32,000 nt of DNA from Aciduliprofundum boonei T469. GTDB taxonomy: Archaea > Thermoplasmatota > Thermoplasmata > Thermoplasmatales > Aciduliprofundaceae. A program made the position numbers and the translations under genes. The DNA lies in the NCBI RefSeq assembly GCF_000025665.1, contig NC_013926.1, positions 330,001 to 362,000 on the forward strand, in the 5' to 3' direction. Below are positions 7,857 to 16,899 of the stretch, piece after piece (positions within the stretch are counted from its first letter, which is position 1; every line of letters starts with the position of its first letter). The notes beneath the pieces were generated by a model, which had not been told where the DNA came from, did no database searches, and saw only the letters and a list, made by a program, of their open reading frames with translations.

Positions 7857-10155
7857 CTTTATTCCTCCTGTTGTATTCGCATTTGATGTTTGGACAGAAT
7901 TTCCAGTCCTTCTTTCCCTTCTTTCTGAGAATTAAAAGCGGTGCTCCACAGTAAGGACATACCTCTCCCGTGGGGATAATCTTTCCCCTTTGTGGAAGAG
8001 AATAGGTTACATCACATTTTGGATAATTGGAGCATCCTATGAATCTCTTCCCGTTCTTTGATTGCCTTATAACTAAATCTCCCCCACATTTTGGGCATTT
8101 ACCCACAATATCCTTTTTACGATTGTACTCACATTTTGAGTTTAAGCACCTTATTTCAGGGCTCTGCCCCCTGCGAATTATCTTTATCAGGGGTAATCCA
8201 CAAATCGGGCATTTTTTATCTAGGAACTCAATGTGTCCTGTTTTGGGAAGATTGTAGTACTTCGTCTCGCCATCGTTCTCGCAAACAACCAGTCTCTTTC
8301 TCTCCAAATAAATTAATTTTCCACCATCGGGGCATTCTCCAATTTCCCTGCGCATTGAACTCTTTATGTTGCTTCCCACAGTGCTTCTATTCTCCTCCAG
8401 AGAGCTTAATATCTTTTTTAGCATCTCACGGGATTCTTTAACCACAAACTCAGGTGCTTTGGAGCCCTTTTCAATCTCATCCATATCCATCTCAAGCCTC
8501 GCAGTCATGTCGGGCTTAATCACATCCACATTATTGCCCTCAAGAGATTCTATCAGGGCTTTTCCAAGTTGAGTGGGCCTTATAGGATTTCCACGAACAT
8601 AGCCCCTCTCAAATAGCTTTTGTATTATCTCAGCCCTGGTACTCTTCGTGCCAAGATTTAATTTTTCCATCTCCCTTATGAGCGAGGATTGTGTGTACCT
8701 TGCAGGTGGCCTCGTCTCCTTCCTCTCAATTTCAATTTTCTTAACTTTGACCTCATCTCCAATTCTTAAAATGGGTATCTTCTCTTCCTCAAATCTCACA
8801 TAAGGATAATAGTAAAGCCAGCCCTCATTTACCAACTCTTTGCCCTTTGCTTCAAAGATCTCATCCTTAACTGCAAGTTTAACCTTGCTTTCTCTGTACT
8901 CTAAATCTTGAGCCAGAGTAGCCATGAATCTTCTAACAACAAGCTCGTAAATCTTACCTTTATCGCCCTCCAAATTTGCACCCCTAGTAGGCACTATTGG
9001 AGGATGGTCTGTGGATTCCTTCTTCCCCCTCGTAGGATACCTCCTTCTTTCCTTTTGAAGCTTCAATGCCTCCTCTTTGAATTTTGACTTCTCCAAAGAT
9101 TTTAGTATGGAATTTATGCTCAGAGTTTTAGGATAAACGGTGTTATCAGTTCTTGGATAGGATATATAACCGCCCATGTAAAGCTCTTCAGCAAGCCGCA
9201 TAGCCTTTGCTGCAGAGAATCCGAGCTTTGTTGCTTCGCTCAAGAATTCAGTAGTGTTGAATGGAATGGGAGGTCTTATTTTCCTATCCTCCTGAACAAA
9301 ATCCAGAACCTTTGCACTCTTAGTATCTTTCACTTTTTCATAAACTTCCATTACCTCTTCTTCTTTCCAGAAAGGGTTTGAAATATGCATTCCCGAAAAA
9401 TTCCTTCTCTTGAAAAACAATCCTTTTATATTCCAATAGGGAGTGGGCACAAAGTTTTCTATCTCCTTTTCTCTCTTTACAATCAAAGCAAGAGTGGGAC
9501 TCTGAACACGCCCAACGGAGAGATAATCCTTACCCCTCCTGCTTGATGCGAGAGAGATGAATCTTGTTAAAGATGCGCCCCAAGCCAGATCTATCTTTTG
9601 CCTTGTTTCTGCTGCAGATGCAAGATTGTAATTCACATCCACTAAGTTTGAAAATGCGTTTTCTATCTCCCTCTCCGTTAAAGCACTAAACTTGGCCCTC
9701 TTCACCGGACCTTTGAAATTCGTAATTGATAACGATTCCACACCTATCAGTTCTCCCTCCCTATCATAGTCGGTGGCGATTATGAGCATATCGGCATCCT
9801 TTGCAAGGGTTCTTAAAATATTTGCAATCCCTTTCTCCTTTATAATTTTAATCGGCTCCTCATCCACCAACCTCTGCAAATCCCCTAAACTCCATCTTTT
9901 AAACTTGTCAGGGTAATCCATATGCAATATATGACCCCTGAGGGGTACAACAAAGTATCTATCCTTGCCCTTCGTAAAGCTGTAATAGGCATTTCTGCCC
10001 TTCTTTATCGTTTCATACCTTCCTCCAGAGAGGATCTTTGCTATTCTCTGCGCTGCATTGCGCTTCTCTGCAATAACGAGAATATTCACATCGCGTAAAA
10101 AGAGAGGTAGTAAAAAAATGTTCCCCTTACATCCCTCCACTAACAGCCATCTCAA
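7846..10155 (-). CDS. topA: DNA topoisomerase I (type IA) with C-terminal zinc ribbons.
   Basis: TOPRIM elements are NILVIAEKRNAAQRIA and DYDREGE. The active-site Tyr context is GGYISYPRTDN. There are three CxxC...CxxC ribbons (CPICG...C..KCE, CPKCG...CSNYPKCD, CPYCG...CPNIKCE). The true start may be GTG at 10089 (VNILVIAEK), because the first 22 codons overlap the sufB 3' end and look non-native. Confidence 0.9.
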   Translation of the reverse strand: MRWLLVEGCKGNIFLLPLFLRDVNILVIAEKRNAAQRIAKILSGGRYETIKKGRNAYYSFTKGKDRYFVVPLRGHILHMDYPDKFKRWSLGDLQRLVDEEPIKIIKEKGIANILRTLAKDADMLIIATDYDREGELIGVESLSITNFKGPVKRAKFSALTEREIENAFSNLVDVNYNLASAAETRQKIDLAWGASLTRFISLASSRRGKDYLSVGRVQSPTLALIVKREKEIENFVPTPYWNIKGLFFKRRNFSGMHISNPFWKEEEVMEVYEKVKDTKSAKVLDFVQEDRKIRPPIPFNTTEFLSEATKLGFSAAKAMRLAEELYMGGYISYPRTDNTVYPKTLSINSILKSLEKSKFKEEALKLQKERRRYPTRGKKESTDHPPIVPTRGANLEGDKGKIYELVVRRFMATLAQDLEYRESKVKLAVKDEIFEAKGKELVNEGWLYYYPYVRFEEEKIPILRIGDEVKVKKIEIERKETRPPARYTQSSLIREMEKLNLGTKSTRAEIIQKLFERGYVRGNPIRPTQLGKALIESLEGNNVDVIKPDMTARLEMDMDEIEKGSKAPEFVVKESREMLKKILSSLEENRSTVGSNIKSSMRREIGECPDGGKLIYLERKRLVVCENDGETKYYNLPKTGHIEFLDKKCPICGLPLIKIIRRGQSPEIRCLNSKCEYNRKKDIVGKCPKCGGDLVIRQSKNGKRFIGCSNYPKCDVTYSLPQRGKIIPTGEVCPYCGAPLLILRKKGKKDWKFCPNIKCEYNRRNKDEK

Positions 10156-11452
10156 TTATCTTCCTTATCTCTATGACGAATTCCATAGGTATGTCCTTTA
10201 GGAGAGGATTGACGAAGCCCTTTACAATGAGTTGAGTTGCCTCCTCTTCCTTCAATCCACGAGACATTAGGTAGAATAACTCTTCCTCCCTTATTTTCCC
10301 TATAGCTGCTTCGTGGCTCAATTCAGCATCATCCACCTGTGAAACCAAACCAGGATAGGTCTCCATTCTGGCCTCGGAATTTAGAATCAATGCATCGCAA
10401 CTTATGTGCCCCTTGGTCTTTGGTGCGTTGGCACGAATTATACCCCTGGTAATAACAGAGCTCCTATCCATTATTACACTCTTGCTCGCATTGAGTCCTC
10501 TTGCCCCAGAAGCATCTAAATTCATCTCTCCTCCAAGATCCACATAGAAATCTTTTTGCCCAAGAATTATTCCATTAAGCTCCACATAGCCGCCCTCATC
10601 AACCCAGTACTTCGGATTGGCAATATTGCTCTTACCCGTTCCAAGTCCAACTGTTGTATTTATGAACTCTGCATTCTTGCCTATCCTTGCACGGGTCATT
10701 GGGCGTGTGTGCACATATTCCGGCCAGTTTTGAAGCACGCTTAACTTCACATTCGCTCCATCCCCTATGTACGCCTCAGTCATATCCAAGTGCAATGAAT
10801 GTCTAACTAGCACTGGGGATGTACAGCCCTCAATTAGATGAATCTCGCTGTTTGGCTCTGCATTGATTATTATGTGGGGTGCCTGAGCCATTGCGCTATT
10901 CTGAATGAGAAAGAATAAATGCAGGGGCATTGGTACTTTGAGCCCTTGGGCAACATGCAAGAATATTCCTCCATTCCAAACTGCAGTGTGATATGCAGCA
11001 AGCTTGCTCTCATAGGGATTGAACTGCTTCAAGAACAAATCTTTGAGAATTGGATGATTACGGACTGCATCTTCCATAGATTCCACTATCAATCCCTTCT
11101 TTCTCCACTCTTTCAAGAAATCGTTGAGAACTATGCTCGTATCGCTCTGCACAGCTAACCCTGCAATGTACTTCTTTTCGACTTCCGCAATGCCCAATCT
11201 ATCCAATAAGGCAAGCATATCTGGAGGAAGCTCATCTAAGCTCTTAACCTCGGGATACATTTCCTCTTCCGTTTTGGCAATATAATCAAGGGGATCTTTT
11301 ATCACAGGGTCATTATGGGGTGCTTCAAAGAAGGCATCCATCGCCTTGTACCTCAACTTTGTCATCCATTCTGGCTCTTTATTTCTCTTCTTTAACTTTT
11401 CAATTTGATCTTCAATTATACTTCTTGCCTCTTGAATTGTAAGTTCACTCAT
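10127..11452 (-). CDS. sufB: Fe-S cluster assembly scaffold protein of the SufB/SufD family.
   Basis: The family-typical beta-helix region and C-terminus are present (HEAAIGKIREEELFYLMSRGL.EEEA..LIV.GF). I prefer the start at ATG 11452 (MSELTIQEA...), which forms an ATGAGTGA overlap with the sufC stop. The listed 11509 start would run 65 nt into sufC. Confidence 0.85.
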   Translation of the reverse strand: MSELTIQEARSIIEDQIEKLKKRNKEPEWMTKLRYKAMDAFFEAPHNDPVIKDPLDYIAKTEEEMYPEVKSLDELPPDMLALLDRLGIAEVEKKYIAGLAVQSDTSIVLNDFLKEWRKKGLIVESMEDAVRNHPILKDLFLKQFNPYESKLAAYHTAVWNGGIFLHVAQGLKVPMPLHLFFLIQNSAMAQAPHIIINAEPNSEIHLIEGCTSPVLVRHSLHLDMTEAYIGDGANVKLSVLQNWPEYVHTRPMTRARIGKNAEFINTTVGLGTGKSNIANPKYWVDEGGYVELNGIILGQKDFYVDLGGEMNLDASGARGLNASKSVIMDRSSVITRGIIRANAPKTKGHISCDALILNSEARMETYPGLVSQVDDAELSHEAAIGKIREEELFYLMSRGLKEEEATQLIVKGFVNPLLKDIPMEFVIEIRKIIEMAVSGGM

Positions 11453-12191
11453 TGCAACCACACTCCTCAAATACCTTCTTAAACCCTTCTTTTTCAATCT
11501 TCTCCACAAGCTCCTCCTTCCCGCTCATAACTATGTGCCCATCCTTCATTATGTGAACCCTGACAATTTTTGGATCGATATGCTCCAGAATCCTTCCGTA
11601 ATGGGTTATGAGCAATATGGATGTACCCTGCTCGTAAAGTTCTCTTATTTTGTGAGATATCAAGCTTAGAGAATCTATATCAACCCCACTATCTGGCTCA
11701 TCCAAAATCAGCAATTTCGGCTTAATTAGGAGTGCCTGGAGAATCTCAAACCTCTTTCTCTCTCCTCCTGAAAATCCAACATTTATGTAGCGAGAGAGCA
11801 TGTCAGCAGAGAACCAAACTTCCTTAGCCTTCTTGGGTATTATCTGCAACGCCTTTGCTGGCTCTATGCCCTTTACCTTCTCAAGCAAGAGGCGAAGATA
11901 ATCAATTATCTTTACCCCATCAATATCCTCAGGATGCTGAAAAGTAAGAAATATACCCATGCGGGCACGCTCATCCACCGGAATATCATTTATAACCTTT
12001 CCATCAAATTCTATTTTCCCATTTGTGATTTTATAATTCGGGTGCCCCATGAGAGTTAGGGCTAATGTGCTCTTACCAGAACCATTTGGACCCATAATCA
12101 CATGGAACTCTCCACCTCCAACACTCAAATTTAAGGAGTTTATTATCTTTTTATTTTCAACTTCAACTTCCAAATTCTCAATTTGAAGCAT
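11445..12191 (-). CDS. sufC: Fe-S cluster assembly ATPase SufC.
   Basis: Motifs are Walker A GPNGSGKST, ABC signature FSGGERKR and Walker B LLILDEPDSG. I prefer the start at ATG 12191 (MLQIENLEV), preceded by GGTGAT. The listed start 12203 is also possible. Confidence 0.92.
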   Translation of the reverse strand: MLQIENLEVEVENKKIINSLNLSVGGGEFHVIMGPNGSGKSTLALTLMGHPNYKITNGKIEFDGKVINDIPVDERARMGIFLTFQHPEDIDGVKIIDYLRLLLEKVKGIEPAKALQIIPKKAKEVWFSADMLSRYINVGFSGGERKRFEILQALLIKPKLLILDEPDSGVDIDSLSLISHKIRELYEQGTSILLITHYGRILEHIDPKIVRVHIMKDGHIVMSGKEELVEKIEKEGFKKVFEECGCNE

Positions 12192-12324
12192 CACTATCAC
12201 CATTTGAGGATATTGGGCTTATTTTTAAGCATTTCTCCCCATATCTGTGTATTTCGTTTATCGCCGAATATCAAATACGATAAGAGTTAAATAGTTTCTT
12301 CTTTATTCCTCCGCAGGTGAGAAA

Positions 12325-13368
12325 ATGGTAGGTATTGTGACTTATGGGAGTTATATACCCATTTACAGAATCAAGACAGCAGAGATCGCAAGGATGTGGG
12401 GAGACAATCCCGAGCATCCAGAGAAGGGTTTGGGATTATTTGCAAAATCAGTACCTGCTTACGATGAAGATGCAGCCACAATTGCCGTGGAGGCACTTCG
12501 CAATGCACTGCGCAGAAAAAATATTCCGGGCGAGAAAATAGGTGCAATTTTTGTGGGTAGTGAATCGCACCCATATGCCGTGAAACCTACGGCATCGCTA
12601 ATTGCAGAGGTTGTTGGTGCGTACAAAGCGCATGCTGCAGATTTAGAATTTGCATGCAAAGCAGGTACGGCAGCAATGCAAAATGTCTATGCAATGGTTA
12701 AGGCAGGAATGATCGATTACGGTGTGGCAATAGGAACAGATACTTCGCAAGGTCAGCCGGGAGACGCTCTTGATTACTCTGCCTCTGCTGGAGGAACAGC
12801 TTACATCATAGGCAAAGATGAAGTTATAGCCGAGATAAATCACACAGTTTCATTCGTAACAGATACCCCTGATTTCTGGCGCAGAGAGGGACAGAGGTAT
12901 CCATCCCATGGTGGAAGATTTACAGGGGAACCTGCATATTTCAAGCATATAATGTCAGCTGCACGAATGCTTATGGAAGAGGTGGGCACGAAACCAGAAG
13001 ATTACGATTATGTTGTCTTCCATCAGCCCAATGGTAAATTTCCATACCGTGTTGGAAAGAGGTTGGGATTCACCAAGGAGCAGATAAAGCCAGGATTGGT
13101 TTCTCCCTACATAGGAAATACATATTCTGGAGGAACACCGACTGGGTTGAGCACTGTGCTAGATATAGCTAAGCCCGGAGATAGAATAATAGCTGTATCC
13201 TTTGGTAGTGGCGCAGGAAGTGATGCTTTTGATATAACCGTCACAGATGAAATGGAGAATTTCAACAAGGATGCTGCTCCAAAGGTATGGGATATGATTA
13301 ACCGTGCCAAGTATATCGATTATGCTACATATCTGAAGTTCCGCCGTATGATAGTGGAGGTGGATTAA
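12325..13368 (+). CDS. Hydroxymethylglutaryl-CoA synthase, archaeal type.
   Basis: The N-terminus [26 protein letters not shown] is typical of the archaeal enzyme, and the condensing-enzyme Cys context is [17 protein letters not shown] at 12316-12320 precedes the ATG. Thiolase and DUF35 genes follow. Confidence 0.9.
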   Translation: MVGIVTYGSYIPIYRIKTAEIARMWGDNPEHPEKGLGLFAKSVPAYDEDAATIAVEALRNALRRKNIPGEKIGAIFVGSESHPYAVKPTASLIAEVVGAYKAHAADLEFACKAGTAAMQNVYAMVKAGMIDYGVAIGTDTSQGQPGDALDYSASAGGTAYIIGKDEVIAEINHTVSFVTDTPDFWRREGQRYPSHGGRFTGEPAYFKHIMSAARMLMEEVGTKPEDYDYVVFHQPNGKFPYRVGKRLGFTKEQIKPGLVSPYIGNTYSGGTPTGLSTVLDIAKPGDRIIAVSFGSGAGSDAFDITVTDEMENFNKDAAPKVWDMINRAKYIDYATYLKFRRMIVEVD

Positions 13369-14535
13369 ATGCGCGATGTTGCAATTATAGGTGCCGGTGA
13401 GACAAAGTATGGAGAGCACTGGGATAAAAGTTTGAGAGATTTGGCTGTTGAAGCAGGATTAAAGGCTCTTGAAGATGCAGGACTTGGTGCTGAAGATATC
13501 CAAGCCATATTTGGAGGAAATATGAGTGCTGGGAGTTTTGTTGGTCAGGATCATGTTGGGGCATTAATTGCTGATTTTGCCGGACTCGCAGAAGTCAGAG
13601 TACCTGCAATTAGAATAGAATCGGCATGTGCAAGTGGTGCGGCTGCCTTGCATGCGGGATACATGGCGGTTGCCTCAGGCCTATACGATATAGTGCTCGT
13701 GGGAGGCGTTGAAAAGATGACTGACCTGCCTGGAGATATGGTCACAGATATCCTTGCAGGAGCCGCAGATAGAGAGTGGGAAGTTTTCTTTGGAGCTACT
13801 TTCCCCGCTTTAGGAGCCATGATGGCACGGCGCTATATGTATGAATATGGGCTTACGAGGGAGCAAATGGCTTTATTGCCTGTGATTGCCCATAAGCATG
13901 GGGCTATGAACCCCGATGCGCATTTTCAGAGAGAGATAACCGTGGAGCAGGTACTTAATGCTCCAATGGTTGCAGATCCATTAACCATAATGAACTGCTC
14001 TCCTGTGAGTGATGGCGGTGCCGCTGTTGTTCTTGCCTCTGCAGACATTGCAAGGAAATACACAGATTCTCCTATAAAAATAAGCGCATCCACGGCAGCC
14101 AATGATTACATCTCTATACACGCAAGAGAATCTTTAACAAGATCCCCCTCAACAATAGAAGCAGCGAGAAAGGCATATGAAATGGCAAAAAAAGAGCCAA
14201 AGGATATTGATCTTGTAGAAATACACGATGCTTTTTCCATAATTGCTCTCCTTGGAATTGAGGATCTGGGATTTGCAAAGAAGGGTGAGGGTATAAAACT
14301 TGCAGAAGAGGGACAATTATATTACGATGGCGATTTGCCCTACAATGTATCCGGAGGCCTCAAGGCAAAGGGACATCCTGTTGGAGCCACAGGCGTAGGT
14401 CAAGTTGTGGAAATTGTAAAGCAGTTGCGCAATGAAGCTGGAAAGAGGCAGGTACCAGATGCAAGAGTAGGCTTAGCTCATAATGTGGGTGGGACAATGA
14501 CTTCAAGCATAGTGCATATTTTGGAGGTGATGTGA
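13369..14535 (+). CDS. Acetyl-CoA acetyltransferase (thiolase), archaeal type.
   Basis: The nucleophile Cys context is IESACASGAAALH, and the C-terminal motif is GHPVGATG. The start codon directly abuts the HMGCS stop (TAAATG). Confidence 0.9.
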   Translation: MRDVAIIGAGETKYGEHWDKSLRDLAVEAGLKALEDAGLGAEDIQAIFGGNMSAGSFVGQDHVGALIADFAGLAEVRVPAIRIESACASGAAALHAGYMAVASGLYDIVLVGGVEKMTDLPGDMVTDILAGAADREWEVFFGATFPALGAMMARRYMYEYGLTREQMALLPVIAHKHGAMNPDAHFQREITVEQVLNAPMVADPLTIMNCSPVSDGGAAVVLASADIARKYTDSPIKISASTAANDYISIHARESLTRSPSTIEAARKAYEMAKKEPKDIDLVEIHDAFSIIALLGIEDLGFAKKGEGIKLAEEGQLYYDGDLPYNVSGGLKAKGHPVGATGVGQVVEIVKQLRNEAGKRQVPDARVGLAHNVGGTMTSSIVHILEVM

Positions 14536-14940
14536 GTGGTAGTGCCTAGATTCTGGAGAGAAAGAAAGTCCCGTTATTCCCTCATTGGCACAAAATGTCC
14601 TGTTTGCGGCACAGTTTATTTCCCTCCCCGTAGCGTTTGTCCAAAGTGCGGAAGAAAGAGTGTCGGAAAGATGGAAGAAGTACAATTAAGTGGTAAGGGC
14701 AAAGTATATTCGTACACCATAGTACATCAGAATGTCATAGGCTACAAATATCAGAAACCTTATGTCATGGCGATAATTGAAACACCTGAGGGACCAAAGC
14801 TCACAGGGCAAATAGTTGATGTTGACCCAGAGAAGGTACACATAGGCATGCCCGTACATGCAGTATTCCGAAGAATTGCAGAAGATGGAAAAGCTGGAAT
14901 AATCCAATATGGCTACAAGTTTGTACCTGACGAGGAATAA
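14536..14940 (+). CDS. DUF35 protein (Zn-ribbon plus OB-fold), the scaffold subunit of the archaeal thiolase/HMG-CoA synthase complex.
   Basis: The zinc ribbon is CPVCGTVYFPPRSVCPKCG, followed by an OB-fold-like region. The GTG start abuts the thiolase stop (TGAGTG). Confidence 0.85.
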   Translation: MVVPRFWRERKSRYSLIGTKCPVCGTVYFPPRSVCPKCGRKSVGKMEEVQLSGKGKVYSYTIVHQNVIGYKYQKPYVMAIIETPEGPKLTGQIVDVDPEKVHIGMPVHAVFRRIAEDGKAGIIQYGYKFVPDEE

Positions 14941-14993
14941 TCCTCTCTTTCTATTTTTACAAAAAAGATAAATGCACGAATATATTGTAGAGT

Positions 14994-15470
14994 GTGAAGT
15001 TCTTAGTTGACCACATGCTAGGCAAACTTGCCAAATACCTGCGCTTTATGGGCTACGATACATACTATCCAGATGGGCAATTGAGTGATAATACATTAAT
15101 TAAAATCGCTAGGGAGGAGGAAAGGATAATAATCACCCGCGATAAGGAGCTTGCAAGAAGGAGCAATGGATTCTTGGTAAAAAGCGATAACTACGAGAAG
15201 CAATTAAGGGAAGTAATTGAGAATTTCAATTTAAATACCGATAATCTTCTCTCAAGATGCTCTGTATGCAATGAGCCCCTCGTACCCGTGAAGAAAGAGG
15301 ATGTAAAAGATAAAGTGCCAGTTTATGTTTATGAGCACAATAATGAATTTTACATGTGTCCAAAATGTCGTAGAATTTACTGGTATGGAACTCACACGGA
15401 AAGGATTGAGAGAAAAATAAAGAGAATAACGGAGGAATTGTATGAAGATAGAAGAGAAGGAGAAAAATGA
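14994..15470 (+). CDS. Mut7-C (DUF82) PIN-like putative ribonuclease with a C-terminal zinc ribbon.
   Basis: The N-terminus (GTG)KFLVDHMLGKLAKYLRFMGYDT is typical of the family. IITRDKEL is present, and the ribbon is CSVCN...CPKCRRIYW. The TATA-like aaaaaagataaatg at 14961-14974 lies about 26 nt upstream of the GTG. Confidence 0.75.
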   Translation: MKFLVDHMLGKLAKYLRFMGYDTYYPDGQLSDNTLIKIAREEERIIITRDKELARRSNGFLVKSDNYEKQLREVIENFNLNTDNLLSRCSVCNEPLVPVKKEDVKDKVPVYVYEHNNEFYMCPKCRRIYWYGTHTERIERKIKRITEELYEDRREGEK

Positions 15471-16428
15471 AATCGCAATAAGAGTGGACAATCTTGACGA
15501 TTTATGGTATCTAAGCACAATTTTGGGAGAGGGTGACCTGGTATTTGGATATGTTTTCCGCAAAGATACCTCAAGCGGGGATATGAACAGGGCCAAGAAG
15601 GCAGAGAGAAAAAAAATCCGAGTTGGAATAAATGTGAAAAAACTCGATTTTCAGGAGTTTGCAGATAGATTGCGCATCTCAGGTATAATAGTGGCTGGAC
15701 CAGAGGATTATGTGGGAGTGCATCAAACCATAAATGTTGGGGTGGGGGATGAGATATCGGTAATAAAAGAGTGGAGCAAGAAGGATAAAGAACTATTAGG
15801 GGAGGCAGTTAAAAATTCAGAGAAACCTGTTGTTTATTTTTTAGCCATAGAGCATGGCCTCGCTACGATTGCAATTTTAAAAACCTATGGAATTCAAGAA
15901 TTTGCCAGTATAAGGAAGAGGGGCGATGAGGATGAGGAATTCTTTGGTGAGGCCCTTTCAACCCTTAAAGATGTTTGGGATGGGAGAGCCCCCTTGATCA
16001 TATTAGGTCCAGGATTTTACAAAGAGAATTTTGTGAACTTTGCCAAGGACAAAATTGGAAATTACATTATGGTTCAGGCATCTCATGGAGATCTCCGTGG
16101 AATTTACGAAGTCCTAAAATCAGGAGCATTAGATAAAATATTGAAAGAGCATAGACTATCTCAAGAGGAGAAATTGGTGGATACCTTGCTCACAGAAATA
16201 AAGAAAGAGGGTTTATACGCTTATGGAATCAATGAGGTTAAAAACTACCTAAATATGGGCGCTGTAAGAGATTTATTGATTACGGATAAAAATTACAAAA
16301 AATATAAAGAGCTGATGGATCTTGCATTGCAAACAGGAGCTCAGGTGCATATAATCAGCACAACCCATGAAGCTGGAAAAATTTTAGAGAGTTTAGGAGG
16401 AGTTGCTGCCCTTCTTAGATTTAGGTGA
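15442..16428 (+). CDS. pelA: Pelota (Dom34) ribosome-rescue / mRNA surveillance factor.
   Basis: The N-terminus MKIEEKEKNEIAIRVDNLDDLWYLSTILGEGDLV matches the archaeal Pelota pattern. The C-terminal eRF1-like region is GGVAALLRF. GGAGG at 15431-15435 lies 6 nt before the ATG. Confidence 0.9.
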   Translation: MKIEEKEKNEIAIRVDNLDDLWYLSTILGEGDLVFGYVFRKDTSSGDMNRAKKAERKKIRVGINVKKLDFQEFADRLRISGIIVAGPEDYVGVHQTINVGVGDEISVIKEWSKKDKELLGEAVKNSEKPVVYFLAIEHGLATIAILKTYGIQEFASIRKRGDEDEEFFGEALSTLKDVWDGRAPLIILGPGFYKENFVNFAKDKIGNYIMVQASHGDLRGIYEVLKSGALDKILKEHRLSQEEKLVDTLLTEIKKEGLYAYGINEVKNYLNMGAVRDLLITDKNYKKYKELMDLALQTGAQVHIISTTHEAGKILESLGGVAALLRFR

Positions 16429-16899
16429 GCGCATTAAAAAGTAAAGGAGAAATACTATGAGAATAACCAGAAAGAACATCCCGAAAAATCCATAGCCAAT
16501 AGGATATACAAGGAAAAGGTAAATGGACAGATAAGCTAGAGGCAAAGAAAGAAGTGTATAAATTATCGTGTCTCTCCTAACCATACCAAACATAGGAACG
16601 AACCTGGCATAAACCATATGCAAGAATATTAAAGTGAGCATTAGATAAGCGATTCCTATAACCAAAGGAGAATAAGGATTATAATCTCCCAGAGAGAAAA
16701 CTATGCCCAGTATTGCCATAAAATTGTATATGTAAAACAAAATCTCATCTTTAATCACCTTGTAGAAATAAAGGAACAAGAGAGAGAGTCCTATCATCAA
16801 TCCTGTAAGAAATGTCAATCTCACATCACCAAGCGGAGCAATAAGCAGCAGAGCATAATAGGATATCAAAAATAGCCACCCTCTTCCAATCTTCCTCAT
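16393..16899 (-). CDS. Polytopic membrane protein of unknown family, the last gene of the MoxR operon.
   Basis: The 168-aa protein is almost entirely hydrophobic helices. Its ATG overlaps the DUF58 stop by 4 nt. Confidence 0.6.
   Translation of the reverse strand: MRKIGRGWLFLISYYALLLIAPLGDVRLTFLTGLMIGLSLLFLYFYKVIKDEILFYIYNFMAILGIVFSLGDYNPYSPLVIGIAYLMLTLIFLHMVYARFVPMFGMVRRDTIIYTLLSLPLAYLSIYLFLVYPIGYGFFGMFFLVILIVFLLYFLMRSPKSKKGSNSS

Noticed and set aside
11453-11509. The N-terminal extension of sufB (MWRRLKKKGLRRYLRSVVA) overlapping sufC.
   Set aside because: The extension is the reverse-frame read-through of the sufC 3' end. The ATG at 11452 gives a canonical ATGAGTGA stop/start overlap.
12258-12283. 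The inverted repeat TTATCG-N14-CGATAA in the divergent sufC/HMG-CoA synthase intergenic region.
   Set aside because: The arms are only 6 bp with a long spacer in an AT-rich 121-bp region. This is easily a chance occurrence, and its position relative to either TATA-like box is not compelling.
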